This document shows, piece by piece, positions 13,233 through 22,199 of a DNA stretch of 64,000 nucleotides. The notes under the pieces are model-generated. The model was not told where the DNA came from. It saw only the letters and a list, made by a program, of their open reading frames with translations, and searched no databases. Made by a program: the position numbers and the translations under genes. The stretch's first letter is position 1. Every line of letters starts with the position of its first letter. The DNA is from Amphiscolops sp. MND2022 (taxonomy: Eukaryota), in NCBI GenBank assembly GCA_964187785.1, contig OZ076409.1, positions 46,378,001-46,442,000 of the forward strand. The letters are read 5' to 3'.

Positions 13233-16200
13233 CAGCTGGGTCTATATGGTTCTGTCCACGAATAGCAGATAGATCCTGCCATACGGACCTCGACAGATAC
13301 TGATTGTCCACATTTGCTGTTGACCATGAATCCAGGGTACCAAGTGCAGTGTGGATCGTTACAGGCTCGGTGAAGGAATGGGTCCAACCATCCAAAAAGC
13401 GGATACGAGGGAAGCTGGCGAACAAAGTGATAATCAGCTCTAGCCACCATCGGAACCGTAGTTTTCCACGATAAAGATCAACGATGTGGAAGCACAAAAT
13501 CAGTTCCTCAGTGACAACAGTCCGCAAACTCTCTAGACAGCTCCGCAAGCTGTCAGGCTGGACCAAAGAGTGAGCATGTGGGGCAGTTACAAGCAACCAC
13601 CAATATTGGGCTGGGCGATACACTTCACCAGGCTGACAGGTGATGCCGTATTTGTCAGATAGGAGGTCAGCGGTGATACAGCGGACCATTTGGATGGGTT
13701 CCCTCTCATAATTGAAAGGTACAAATACAATGTTAGGAGTGACAGGAGGCACTGTGACGGCAAGTGTGAATTCCAATCCGCGGAGATCGCTTGTCCACTC
13801 TTTGAAGCGAGGACAAGGTTCCTCAGCAATCTTGGATTTAGATAATTCTTCCAGCACGACGTCTACAGGGAGGATACGTTCTCGTTCTAGACCGCTGTAT
13901 GTCTTCTCTGCGCGGATGACAACGCGACTGACAAGAAGCTTACCATTGTGGATAAAAGGTTGAGGCTTTGGATCCACCGGAGTTTTCACAGGTCCAAGTG
14001 CGATAGTGGGCGATTTGTTCAGAGCCATAACACAAGTGCAATCGCGGAACCCACAGGTTCCACATCGATATCGAGGTACTCGATTCCGGCGTAAGCCATA
14101 GTGTGGGTTAACCTGCGTTGCGCCTTGGTCAACATCGGATGTAAGCTGCGCGGTGGGCGCATCAGAGTCAGAATCGGATGTAATTGATGGCTGTGTGTCA
14201 TTTTCACGAGCTGTTTGCCGTGAAGAATTAGTGTGTCCTCGTGGCCTCCGAGGAGGTCGTCCTCGAGGACGTCCTCTGCGACTGGGAGTCCTTCGAGCGC
14301 GCACGCTCACGTTCTGCGACCGGGAATTTGTTGCTCGTGTCGAACAACGAGATAGAGCAGCTCGCGATCTGCCACTGCCACGCGTGCTAGGGACATTGTT
14401 CCGAGCAGTTGGCTCGTTGGTGTTGGATAACTCGGTGTCACGGGTTTCAGTGTTTTGGAGGTTGGAGGTACCATTCGGCAATTGAGGAATACTAATAGGC
14501 ACATCCGTCAATGTAGGATTTGTCAATAGAGGAGCAGATGTACCCGCTAGTGATACACCGGCTTCTCCAGTTGCAACGGGAATATCTTGCGATTGAGGTA
14601 CTCCCGGAATAACTTCAGATTCGGATAAAAATGGAAGCTCGTAGTCATTGGCAGGTTCAAATGACCGAGGTTGTTCATCGAGAGGCATTGAAGCTTCGAA
14701 TAGCGCCGGAGGTTCTGCCTGGGAATGATCTCGGGCATCTGACAGCAAGTCGTCAGAGCGCGAACGCTCTGGGTCGGAACTGGAATAGTCAAATTGCTGA
14801 TAGTGGAGACGACGGCCTCCAACTCGCATTCTAGTACGCAACCTGGTGTCCATCCAGTGGCGTCTCCTTGATGGTAGCGATACATCTGATGCTTCAGAGA
14901 GCGGTTCTTCCTCGCGATATGAGGGTTGTGAGCAGTCATCTCGGATCTCTTCAGCAGAGTGCTCAGGCTCAGGATCCATGACAACGACCACTTCGCCACC
15001 CCCCGAGGGAAGCGCAACAAACTCCGTAGGGCCACCATGATGAGGTTTCAGCCGCTCAAAGTGCACTTTTTGTCCTGAGTCCAGGATGTACACGCGGCCA
15101 TCTTGTAGTACATGGACAACCTTGTGCGGACCACGCCAAGCTCTCATCAACTTCGGTGATCCTTTTTGAGGTACATAGCGGCAGAATACCCAAACGGGGT
15201 CTCCCACATTGTATGCGTTTGCACAAATAGCTCGATCATATTTTAGCTTTTGACGTTGTTGCGCCTGATGCGTGTTTCTACGCACCAAGTCATGAATCTC
15301 TTGCTGGCGAGCAAGAATATGCTCCACATAAGCTCCATGCGATTCAAATGATCTGGCTGCGAACTCCGGATACAGATAGGTGAGAGGAATAGCCTTTTCG
15401 GTCCCTCGGGTCAGCATGTAGGGTGAAAACCCAGTCGTGGCATAGCGCTTTGAGTTATACGCTCCCATGACTTCATCCAAATGCTGGTCCCAATCTCTCA
15501 TGCGACGCGAGCAAAATACCCGCAACAAAGTCAGCAAAGTCCGATTCTGTCGTTCAACCAGGCCTTGGGTGCGCGGATGACCCGCCGTAGAGGTAACGTT
15601 TGTGACCTGAGATGCCCTCATGAACTCATTGGATACCTCTGCAGTCAAGTTGGGGGCATTGTCTGATTGCATCCGCGTAGCCGTGCCGTGTCTGGCAAAC
15701 CATTTCTGCAAAAGCAACCTAGACGTGGTCACGGCATCGTAGTCTTCATGGCTGCAAGGTACAGCCTCCGCAAACTTGGAGAAATGGTCAATTATTACCA
15801 ATATGCCGGTGTTATTGTTATCGGAGGGGCATATTTTTAAATGGTCATACTGGACTAACTCATTGAAATACCCACTTTGGATATTTTTCAAGTGAAATCG
15901 AACGTCACCCGGCCTGTCCCGTACTTGCTGGCACGTGAGGCACTGACTCACGTACTGACCAACACTGCGGCGAATACCTGGCCAGGTGTGGCGTTCTTGG
16001 ATTCGCGAAACCACCTTTGCAATGCCTTGGTGGCCCATGGCATCATGAGCACGAAACAAAATTTCATGCTGGTACAATTGTGGCATTACAATCATGCACG
16101 GACGTTCGTGCAATGGACGTTGCTGAGGTGGATACTTAACACAAAGAATTCCATCTTTGTTTACAAACGAAAGATCTTTTTTCTGCTTGCAATAGTTACG

Positions 16201-18249
16201 TGCGAACGCACGCACGTCTTCAGGAAAAATGTCATGATCCATAGACTCTTGTGCTACCAACTTCTTTATGGCTAGCACATGCACATCACGATTCTGTGCC
16301 AAAAGCAGATCCTTGATGCCATGCACCGTGTTGGCATGTTCATGAAGTTCCGTGTCTATGTCTTTGATGGCTAACGCAGCTTGCCTAACCACCGTTGGAG
16401 CGGAAGCCATGGCTTGCTCCACTGTTTCGTCAAGGGCATATGTCATGCGTGAGGGGATATTTGCCACATGTGTAGGCAGCAAGTAATCTTGCCTAGCCTC
16501 CTCAGTGACGTCAATCCAGTCCTCAGGATAATCTGGGTAGAAGTCTTCGTGAGTTTGCAATATAGGCACTAGTGCCTCAGGTAGAGGAGCGCGCAGCGCC
16601 CTCTCCCTTTTCTCAGCGGCCTGACGGCGCTTACGCCGTCGTGCAACACGACAAACTGCATTTGTGGGGTCTGGTTTAGTGTTCCGCAAGTGAGCGGGCA
16701 ATTGGGGGTGATTGGGTATCACCCGACCATGCAAATCGAACAAAGGTGCAACGGGCAGCTGGTCAAACTCCTCCTGTGAGAGGAAATTCCATTTGTCTGT
16801 CACAGCTGGCAGCTTGAGCTGCTTCTCTCGCCCCCGATAATCATTGGTTCGTTTACTGAGGCCATCGGCATTCCTGTGCTGTGTCTTGGGACGATGCTCC
16901 ACTTTGAAATGGTACTTCTCGAGTGCCATAACCCATCGACCAATCAAGGCCTGATCAGTGGAATACGTTTTGAGCCAAGAGAGAGCTTGATTGTCAACCC
17001 GAAGGATGAACTTTCTGCAGCAGAGATAACTGTGATTCTTCAAGATGAAATAATAGGCTGCGTACATTTCAAGCTTAGGAGCGCCATACTTCGCTTGAGT
17101 GGCATTCAACTTCTTGCTACCATACACAATTGGTCTCAGGCGCCTTTCGCCCGGAGGACCCTGCCACTGATGCAAAATGCCGGAAATTGCAACAGCACTG
17201 GCATCAGTGTCCAGCACAAATTCGCCCTCCGAGTCCGGTTGCGCCAAGGCAGTTGCCTCGATCAAAGCCAATTTGACGGCGTTGAAAGCCTGTTGCTGCT
17301 CATCCCCCCAGGCGAAAGTCGCGCCCAGGCCGGTAATAGCATGCAAGGGGGCCACAAGCTTGGCGTGCCAAGGAATAAACTCTCGATAATAGTTGGCAAA
17401 GCCCAAAAAGCTTCGCATCTCCGTTTTGTTCCTCGGTACTTCCCAATCGCGTAGTTTTGCCACTGCTTTAGGATCAGGTTTGATACCTTCGGCAGAGACC
17501 ACACGTCCCAGGTACTTGATTTCCGACTTCATAAAGTCGCACTTAGCGACTCTCATTTTGAAGCCAGCTTCGCGCAGACATTCAAATACCTCGCGTAAGC
17601 GTACCATGTGGTCCTCGACTGTCTCGGTAGCAATGACGATGTCGTCAATGTACGCCATCACCATGCTTCCTTCCCGGTTAACAATTTTCCGTAGCGCTCG
17701 CGCTATGGCTCGCTGGAAAGTAGCTGAAGCGTTACACATCCCAAAGGGCATACGTCTCCATTCAAACAAACCCAGCTCGCAAGCAAAGGCCGTTTTCTGC
17801 CTATCTGCTTTGCGCACTGGTATCTGCCAGAAAGCCCAGGCCGAATCAAAACTGGTGTAAATCTTGGCCTTACCCAAGCGTGAAAGGCTTTCATCGAAGC
17901 GTGGCAGGGGATACGCGTCCTTTATTGTGACAGCGTTGAGGGGGCGAAAGTCGCAGCAGAATCGCAACTCCCCATTTTTCTTTTTTACCATCACAATCCC
18001 ACTCGCCCAAGGTGATAGCGAAGGTTGGATCATGCCCGAAGCCAGGAGATTGCGTACCTCTTGATTGGCACGCTCCGCCTTGTCAGGCGACATTCTTCTC
18101 GCGCCTTCACTGTGCGGTATAGCCCCAGGCTCCAACTCAACAGGATGCTTGGCTATTGTGCAGCGACCAATGTCTGCTTTGTGCTTCATGAATAGGTCAT
18201 CAAATTCCGTAAGGATGTTGTTCAGCGAGTCGCGGGCAGTCTTCCCCAC
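13144..18249 (-). CDS. pol: Gypsy Pol: RT, RNase H, integrase (HHCC, DDE, GPY/F-like) and a long C-terminal extension
   Basis: RT MPFG and YIDD; RNase H TDAS...LE...VDN...NADGLS; IN AHDAMGH...CLTCQ, YDHL/SDNA/VERQN; KLMRAWRGPH. The listed GTG start is probably an artefact of the break at 18245-18272. Confidence 0.95.
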   Translation of the reverse strand: MGKTARDSLNNILTEFDDLFMKHKADIGRCTIAKHPVELEPGAIPHSEGARRMSPDKAERANQEVRNLLASGMIQPSLSPWASGIVMVKKKNGELRFCCDFRPLNAVTIKDAYPLPRFDESLSRLGKAKIYTSFDSAWAFWQIPVRKADRQKTAFACELGLFEWRRMPFGMCNASATFQRAIARALRKIVNREGSMVMAYIDDIVIATETVEDHMVRLREVFECLREAGFKMRVAKCDFMKSEIKYLGRVVSAEGIKPDPKAVAKLRDWEVPRNKTEMRSFLGFANYYREFIPWHAKLVAPLHAITGLGATFAWGDEQQQAFNAVKLALIEATALAQPDSEGEFVLDTDASAVAISGILHQWQGPPGERRLRPIVYGSKKLNATQAKYGAPKLEMYAAYYFILKNHSYLCCRKFILRVDNQALSWLKTYSTDQALIGRWVMALEKYHFKVEHRPKTQHRNADGLSKRTNDYRGREKQLKLPAVTDKWNFLSQEEFDQLPVAPLFDLHGRVIPNHPQLPAHLRNTKPDPTNAVCRVARRRKRRQAAEKRERALRAPLPEALVPILQTHEDFYPDYPEDWIDVTEEARQDYLLPTHVANIPSRMTYALDETVEQAMASAPTVVRQAALAIKDIDTELHEHANTVHGIKDLLLAQNRDVHVLAIKKLVAQESMDHDIFPEDVRAFARNYCKQKKDLSFVNKDGILCVKYPPQQRPLHERPCMIVMPQLYQHEILFRAHDAMGHQGIAKVVSRIQERHTWPGIRRSVGQYVSQCLTCQQVRDRPGDVRFHLKNIQSGYFNELVQYDHLKICPSDNNNTGILVIIDHFSKFAEAVPCSHEDYDAVTTSRLLLQKWFARHGTATRMQSDNAPNLTAEVSNEFMRASQVTNVTSTAGHPRTQGLVERQNRTLLTLLRVFCSRRMRDWDQHLDEVMGAYNSKRYATTGFSPYMLTRGTEKAIPLTYLYPEFAARSFESHGAYVEHILARQQEIHDLVRRNTHQAQQRQKLKYDRAICANAYNVGDPVWVFCRYVPQKGSPKLMRAWRGPHKVVHVLQDGRVYILDSGQKVHFERLKPHHGGPTEFVALPSGGGEVVVVMDPEPEHSAEEIRDDCSQPSYREEEPLSEASDVSLPSRRRHWMDTRLRTRMRVGGRRLHYQQFDYSSSDPERSRSDDLLSDARDHSQAEPPALFEASMPLDEQPRSFEPANDYELPFLSESEVIPGVPQSQDIPVATGEAGVSLAGTSAPLLTNPTLTDVPISIPQLPNGTSNLQNTETRDTELSNTNEPTARNNVPSTRGSGRSRAALSRCSTRATNSRSQNVSVRARRTPSRRGRPRGRPPRRPRGHTNSSRQTARENDTQPSITSDSDSDAPTAQLTSDVDQGATQVNPHYGLRRNRVPRYRCGTCGFRDCTCVMALNKSPTIALGPVKTPVDPKPQPFIHNGKLLVSRVVIRAEKTYSGLERERILPVDVVLEELSKSKIAEEPCPRFKEWTSDLRGLEFTLAVTVPPVTPNIVFVPFNYEREPIQMVRCITADLLSDKYGITCQPGEVYRPAQYWWLLVTAPHAHSLVQPDSLRSCLESLRTVVTEELILCFHIVDLYRGKLRFRWWLELIITLFASFPRIRFLDGWTHSFTEPVTIHTALGTLDSWSTANVDNQYLSRSVWQDLSAIRGQNHIDPADEKGPGRQIVFPGALRPNSVDYIVYDQTD

Positions 18250-18269
18250 AACTTTTGTACCTCCTCTAA

Positions 18270-21200
18270 CTAAGATTCGGGTCCAGGAATAGGGGCCAAG
18301 AGATCAGGGTCAGTGCGCTTTCTGATCTCGCGCTCTGACAACCCCTCCTCCGATGGGTCTGTAGAGGAGAGAAACTCGAACTCCGACGACGACGAACATT
18401 TTGAATGCGAGTTCAGGTCCATTTCAGAATAGACCCTGTTGACGAACTCATTTGAGGAGTCCGATTTTTCGTCACTCTCGCCTTTGTGCGCTAGCGCACA
18501 TTGGGGGACTGCATGGTAGACTAGGCGTACTGGCGCAGCAGTACCAAGCATGGTGCCGCACTTCACTTTCTGGGCATTGCTTGTCAGATTGCCAACAGAG
18601 ACATAGAACGAACCTGTCTCTCCAACAGTGGCTAGAGTGTCTTCCACGAATATAGTGTTCTTCAGCAATCGGTTCGGTGTTGCAAAGTTGATCACCACAT
18701 TTCTGAAAGCGAAAGCTTCTAAGTCCGAAGTGACCACCTTGGCACGTAGAACAGCACGCTCGAATGGCTGTAGCACCACGTCTTGATCCAAAACTACTGT
18801 GCTGGATAAAGTTTCATCGCTCGTCTGGGCGTGTGCGTGATGCCACATGGGCTTAGCCGGGGCTCGCACCACTATTTTCATGGCGGTCAGATCTACGAGC
18901 ACGTTATATGCTCGCAGAAAATTCCTACCCAGCAAGAAATCTTCCAAGCCATGTGCGTCATCAACGACCACGAAATTTGTTTCGAGTTCATATCCACCAA
19001 GTTGGAAGCGCACACGCTCCGCTATTCCAAACGTTTTCATCGTCTTCCCATTAGCAGCATACAAGTCGATTCGATAAGGTTGTAGCGCTACACCTGTCCG
19101 CAAGGCTACACGGTTGAAGGCTGAGAAACTCATGATTGATACGCCTGACCCCGTGTCGACCATTCCTCTCAGTGGAATAGGGTTGGCATCTGGCACTGCA
19201 AAAGATACTACGAGCAACGCACGCTCATCAATGCGGGCCTCACCCGTGGGCTCCTGCTTGCTGATGCTGTAGCAGCGGAGTTCATGTGGCCCTAGACACA
19301 CTCCCTGAGGGAACACATCTACTACCACGCTAGCATCAAATTTCATGTCCACGCCATCTATGTTAGCGTGCACCGGAACAGGCGAGTATGCCGTGCATGT
19401 GCTAGCTTCGTCTTCAGTGTACCATTCCTCTGGCAGTGGCAAGGAGATCCTCTTGACAGCCGGGTTGCTGGCCAACTCCAACTTCAATTTTTCCAAGGTC
19501 AAATATGGGCGTATTTGTTGCTCCGAGGCCAGCACTAGGTGTACAGTCAATAAAGTCCGGCCACTAGGGTCAAACGTTGTGGACTCCAAACTTGTCTGCA
19601 CCTGCTTTGTGCCACAGGTGACTGTCAATGGAGCATTTACAGTGGCTTGGTCAGCTGGACGTAGCATTAATACCCTGCCAGAGGCAGTAGACAGGGTTTG
19701 CGTTGCATCCGTTTTCTTCTTGTCTTCAGCCCTAGGGCTGGAAGTTTCTGACTGGATTGATAATGTTGGACAACCTGGAGACACCTCAGTTGTGCACGAT
19801 TTCACTGGGACAGCAGGTGCTGGAACCGCTGCTGCAGCACCTTGCTGGGGCTCACTATGTGGGTCAAGAATATGCTCCGGGCGATGCACCACCAGCTTGC
19901 GTCTCGCGCAAGCACTCTGCAAGCAGCGTGCGGATTGCTCTAAGGTTGCGGTCTGTCTGTATTCAGGGGTTGTGTGTACTGACGCAGCCGGCATCGGCAA
20001 TCGCGCCGACCGGCGTGCAATGGGTGGCAGCGATTCATACTGCTGAGCCACAGGTGACCCCGGCACTTGGTCGCTCTGTAGGTACTGATAAGGTACAGTC
20101 TCGGTGCTTCCTGGGTCACGAGGCTGTTGTTGGTGACGACTCCTTTGGAGTTCCTGTACAGTGAACCGAAGTGATTCCACGGTAGGTGGGTCGGCTAGAT
20201 ACGCCTCAGTCGCAAACACTACCGTCAGTTCTCGTTGCAACACGGGATCGCTGACCCCGTCCATGAACCGATGCAAGATTTCATAGCGTCGGGTAGTGAT
20301 AGGCTCATCAGGAAAACCCTGACTCCTCAGACCCTCTAATGCATCTAAATACTGCATCAGGCCCTCTTTCTCAAGCTGATTTCGCAACCTGAAAGCCTGC
20401 CTCACTGGCCAGCGGCTATTCCCAGTCCCAAATCTGCTGGAGAGCAAGGTCGTCACCTTCTCGTGAGAATCCCGTTCGGACTCCGGTTTGTTGATTATAA
20501 AACTCCGAGCTTCATCACCTAAGTGATCGATTATCGCCCAGGCCTTGTCGACAGGTGAAGCATTGGAATAAACTGGCTCCAAATACCGTTTCATCACGAG
20601 CAACCACTCTTCAACAGTCCAGTCTTTTGAACCTCTGTATAAGGTTGGTCGAACAGCGATTTGATCACGATTGGCAATCAGGGGAGCCAACTCTTTAGCT
20701 ATAGTTTTGGATATCGCCTCCGTGAATTTCAACTGTTCGGGAGATATCAATTCATCTTTTGGGTCATCAGTACCATGATTGTCCTCGAGCAACCCGCCTC
20801 GATCCATAGGCGACGTGCGAGCCATGCCCATGGTTGCGTTGTTCGAAGATATCGAGGCCGGTTCATCGATTGGTTGTGCTGCGCTGGTGCCCTCTCCCCC
20901 CTTCAAAAGGAAGCAGTGGCGTTGGAAATTTTCCGAAGGTTTCATTCCAGCGTTAGGTGTAGCAGAATGTGGCTCAAAGGAGTCTTTCAGCAAACTCGGT
21001 AGCAACTTCGTAGTTGATATTAGGGACTTGGTTCCAGGGAAGTGAGAGTTGCTTAAAGAATCCTGCGATAAGGAAATGGAGGATGAGATAGATATTCGTT
21101 CATTCTTCGTATCACTCGAGTAGAAGTTGCGCTCGCGCAACCCATTATCACCGGCGTGATATTCAGGCAAAGTGTCAGCAATACCCATGGTTGTATTGTC

Positions 21201-21440
21201 CAAAGATATTGGGTCCGATGACGTCGTCGATCGTTCATGTTCGTCTACCATTTGGGATTCATTTTGAGGTTGAAAATCATGAACATCCATTGGTTGTGCT
21301 GCACGGACACTCCTATTCCCTTGAAAAAAGGAATGGAGGGGGCGGGAGAATCTCCCATGTTTAATTTTAGCTTTAGAGGTTCCGAACTGCATCACTAGAA
21401 CAACCTGTGTACCCAAGTTCAGTGTCAGGGTCAAAGTCAA
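18270..21440 (-). CDS. gag: Gypsy Gag plus aspartic protease plus dUTPase-like region
   Basis: Capsid-like region (VEEWLLVMKRYL...HLGDEAR...RFG...RFMDGVSD) and retropepsin VDTGSGVS...FLLGRNFL (Asp at 19157). No clear CCHC knuckle. True start uncertain; first ATG ~21392. Confidence 0.9.
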   Translation of the reverse strand: MTLTLTLNLGTQVVLVMQFGTSKAKIKHGRFSRPLHSFFQGNRSVRAAQPMDVHDFQPQNESQMVDEHERSTTSSDPISLDNTTMGIADTLPEYHAGDNGLRERNFYSSDTKNERISISSSISLSQDSLSNSHFPGTKSLISTTKLLPSLLKDSFEPHSATPNAGMKPSENFQRHCFLLKGGEGTSAAQPIDEPASISSNNATMGMARTSPMDRGGLLEDNHGTDDPKDELISPEQLKFTEAISKTIAKELAPLIANRDQIAVRPTLYRGSKDWTVEEWLLVMKRYLEPVYSNASPVDKAWAIIDHLGDEARSFIINKPESERDSHEKVTTLLSSRFGTGNSRWPVRQAFRLRNQLEKEGLMQYLDALEGLRSQGFPDEPITTRRYEILHRFMDGVSDPVLQRELTVVFATEAYLADPPTVESLRFTVQELQRSRHQQQPRDPGSTETVPYQYLQSDQVPGSPVAQQYESLPPIARRSARLPMPAASVHTTPEYRQTATLEQSARCLQSACARRKLVVHRPEHILDPHSEPQQGAAAAVPAPAVPVKSCTTEVSPGCPTLSIQSETSSPRAEDKKKTDATQTLSTASGRVLMLRPADQATVNAPLTVTCGTKQVQTSLESTTFDPSGRTLLTVHLVLASEQQIRPYLTLEKLKLELASNPAVKRISLPLPEEWYTEDEASTCTAYSPVPVHANIDGVDMKFDASVVVDVFPQGVCLGPHELRCYSISKQEPTGEARIDERALLVVSFAVPDANPIPLRGMVDTGSGVSIMSFSAFNRVALRTGVALQPYRIDLYAANGKTMKTFGIAERVRFQLGGYELETNFVVVDDAHGLEDFLLGRNFLRAYNVLVDLTAMKIVVRAPAKPMWHHAHAQTSDETLSSTVVLDQDVVLQPFERAVLRAKVVTSDLEAFAFRNVVINFATPNRLLKNTIFVEDTLATVGETGSFYVSVGNLTSNAQKVKCGTMLGTAAPVRLVYHAVPQCALAHKGESDEKSDSSNEFVNRVYSEMDLNSHSKCSSSSEFEFLSSTDPSEEGLSEREIRKRTDPDLLAPIPGPES

Positions 21441-22199
21441 GAGAATTACTCAACACTTTACAGACTGCTCAGTGGACTAGAAATTTTTGCTCTAGAGCAA
21501 ATTGCTGCAGCCAAGTTGGATAGTGCGCACCAAACAGACAGTCGAGCGGTTTGTCGACCTCTCAACCTCAATGGATTTGGATGTGTTGTGATTACCCAAA
21601 AAAGTTCTCTGCAAATTTGGCGTGATATTCGGCTTTGATGCTACTCGATACAGCGGAATAACACCAAAATGAGGCACCAGAGTGTTCAAAAAGGTGTCAC
21701 ACTCGGGCAATCCGGTCAAACTTTTCGTCACTAGGAAGTTGCTCCTCCCAAAATCTTGTGATTTTGGCTAAGTCGGAACACTCAGGGTCTCTTTTGGATA
21801 TCGAAAACCCTGCTCAAGGTAACTCCTAGCGATTTTTGTTTGGAAAATGTAGTCCAGAGTGCGTCGCAGGCACTTAAAACTGCTGACTTGATTTGTTCAG
21901 AATCAAATTTCGAAGTCCCAGAAGAGTCTAAAATTTATGACCCTTGCCGGCAATTTTTTTGAACCGTGGGATTTGCCTCGTTTGCACCCAGGAAAGTCTA
22001 CTGGACCCCTTCCGTTGGAAAATGAAGGCTTTTTGGGTCTGCCTCCTGTACAGCGGAAGTATTGAAGATTTACAATGATAGATTTTCTGGTGTTTTTTGA
22101 ATTTTGTTCAAGACGTATGTCTGAACAGAGTCAAATTCAGTTTTATCGATCGTACTGGGTACAAAATGACACAGCACGTTTCGTCAGCCACACAAGTCA

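Noticed and set aside
13587..21238. Numerous antisense and alternate-frame ORFs (e.g. 19345-20046, 16876-17454)
   Set aside because: Shadow ORFs of the GC-richer gag/pol frames.
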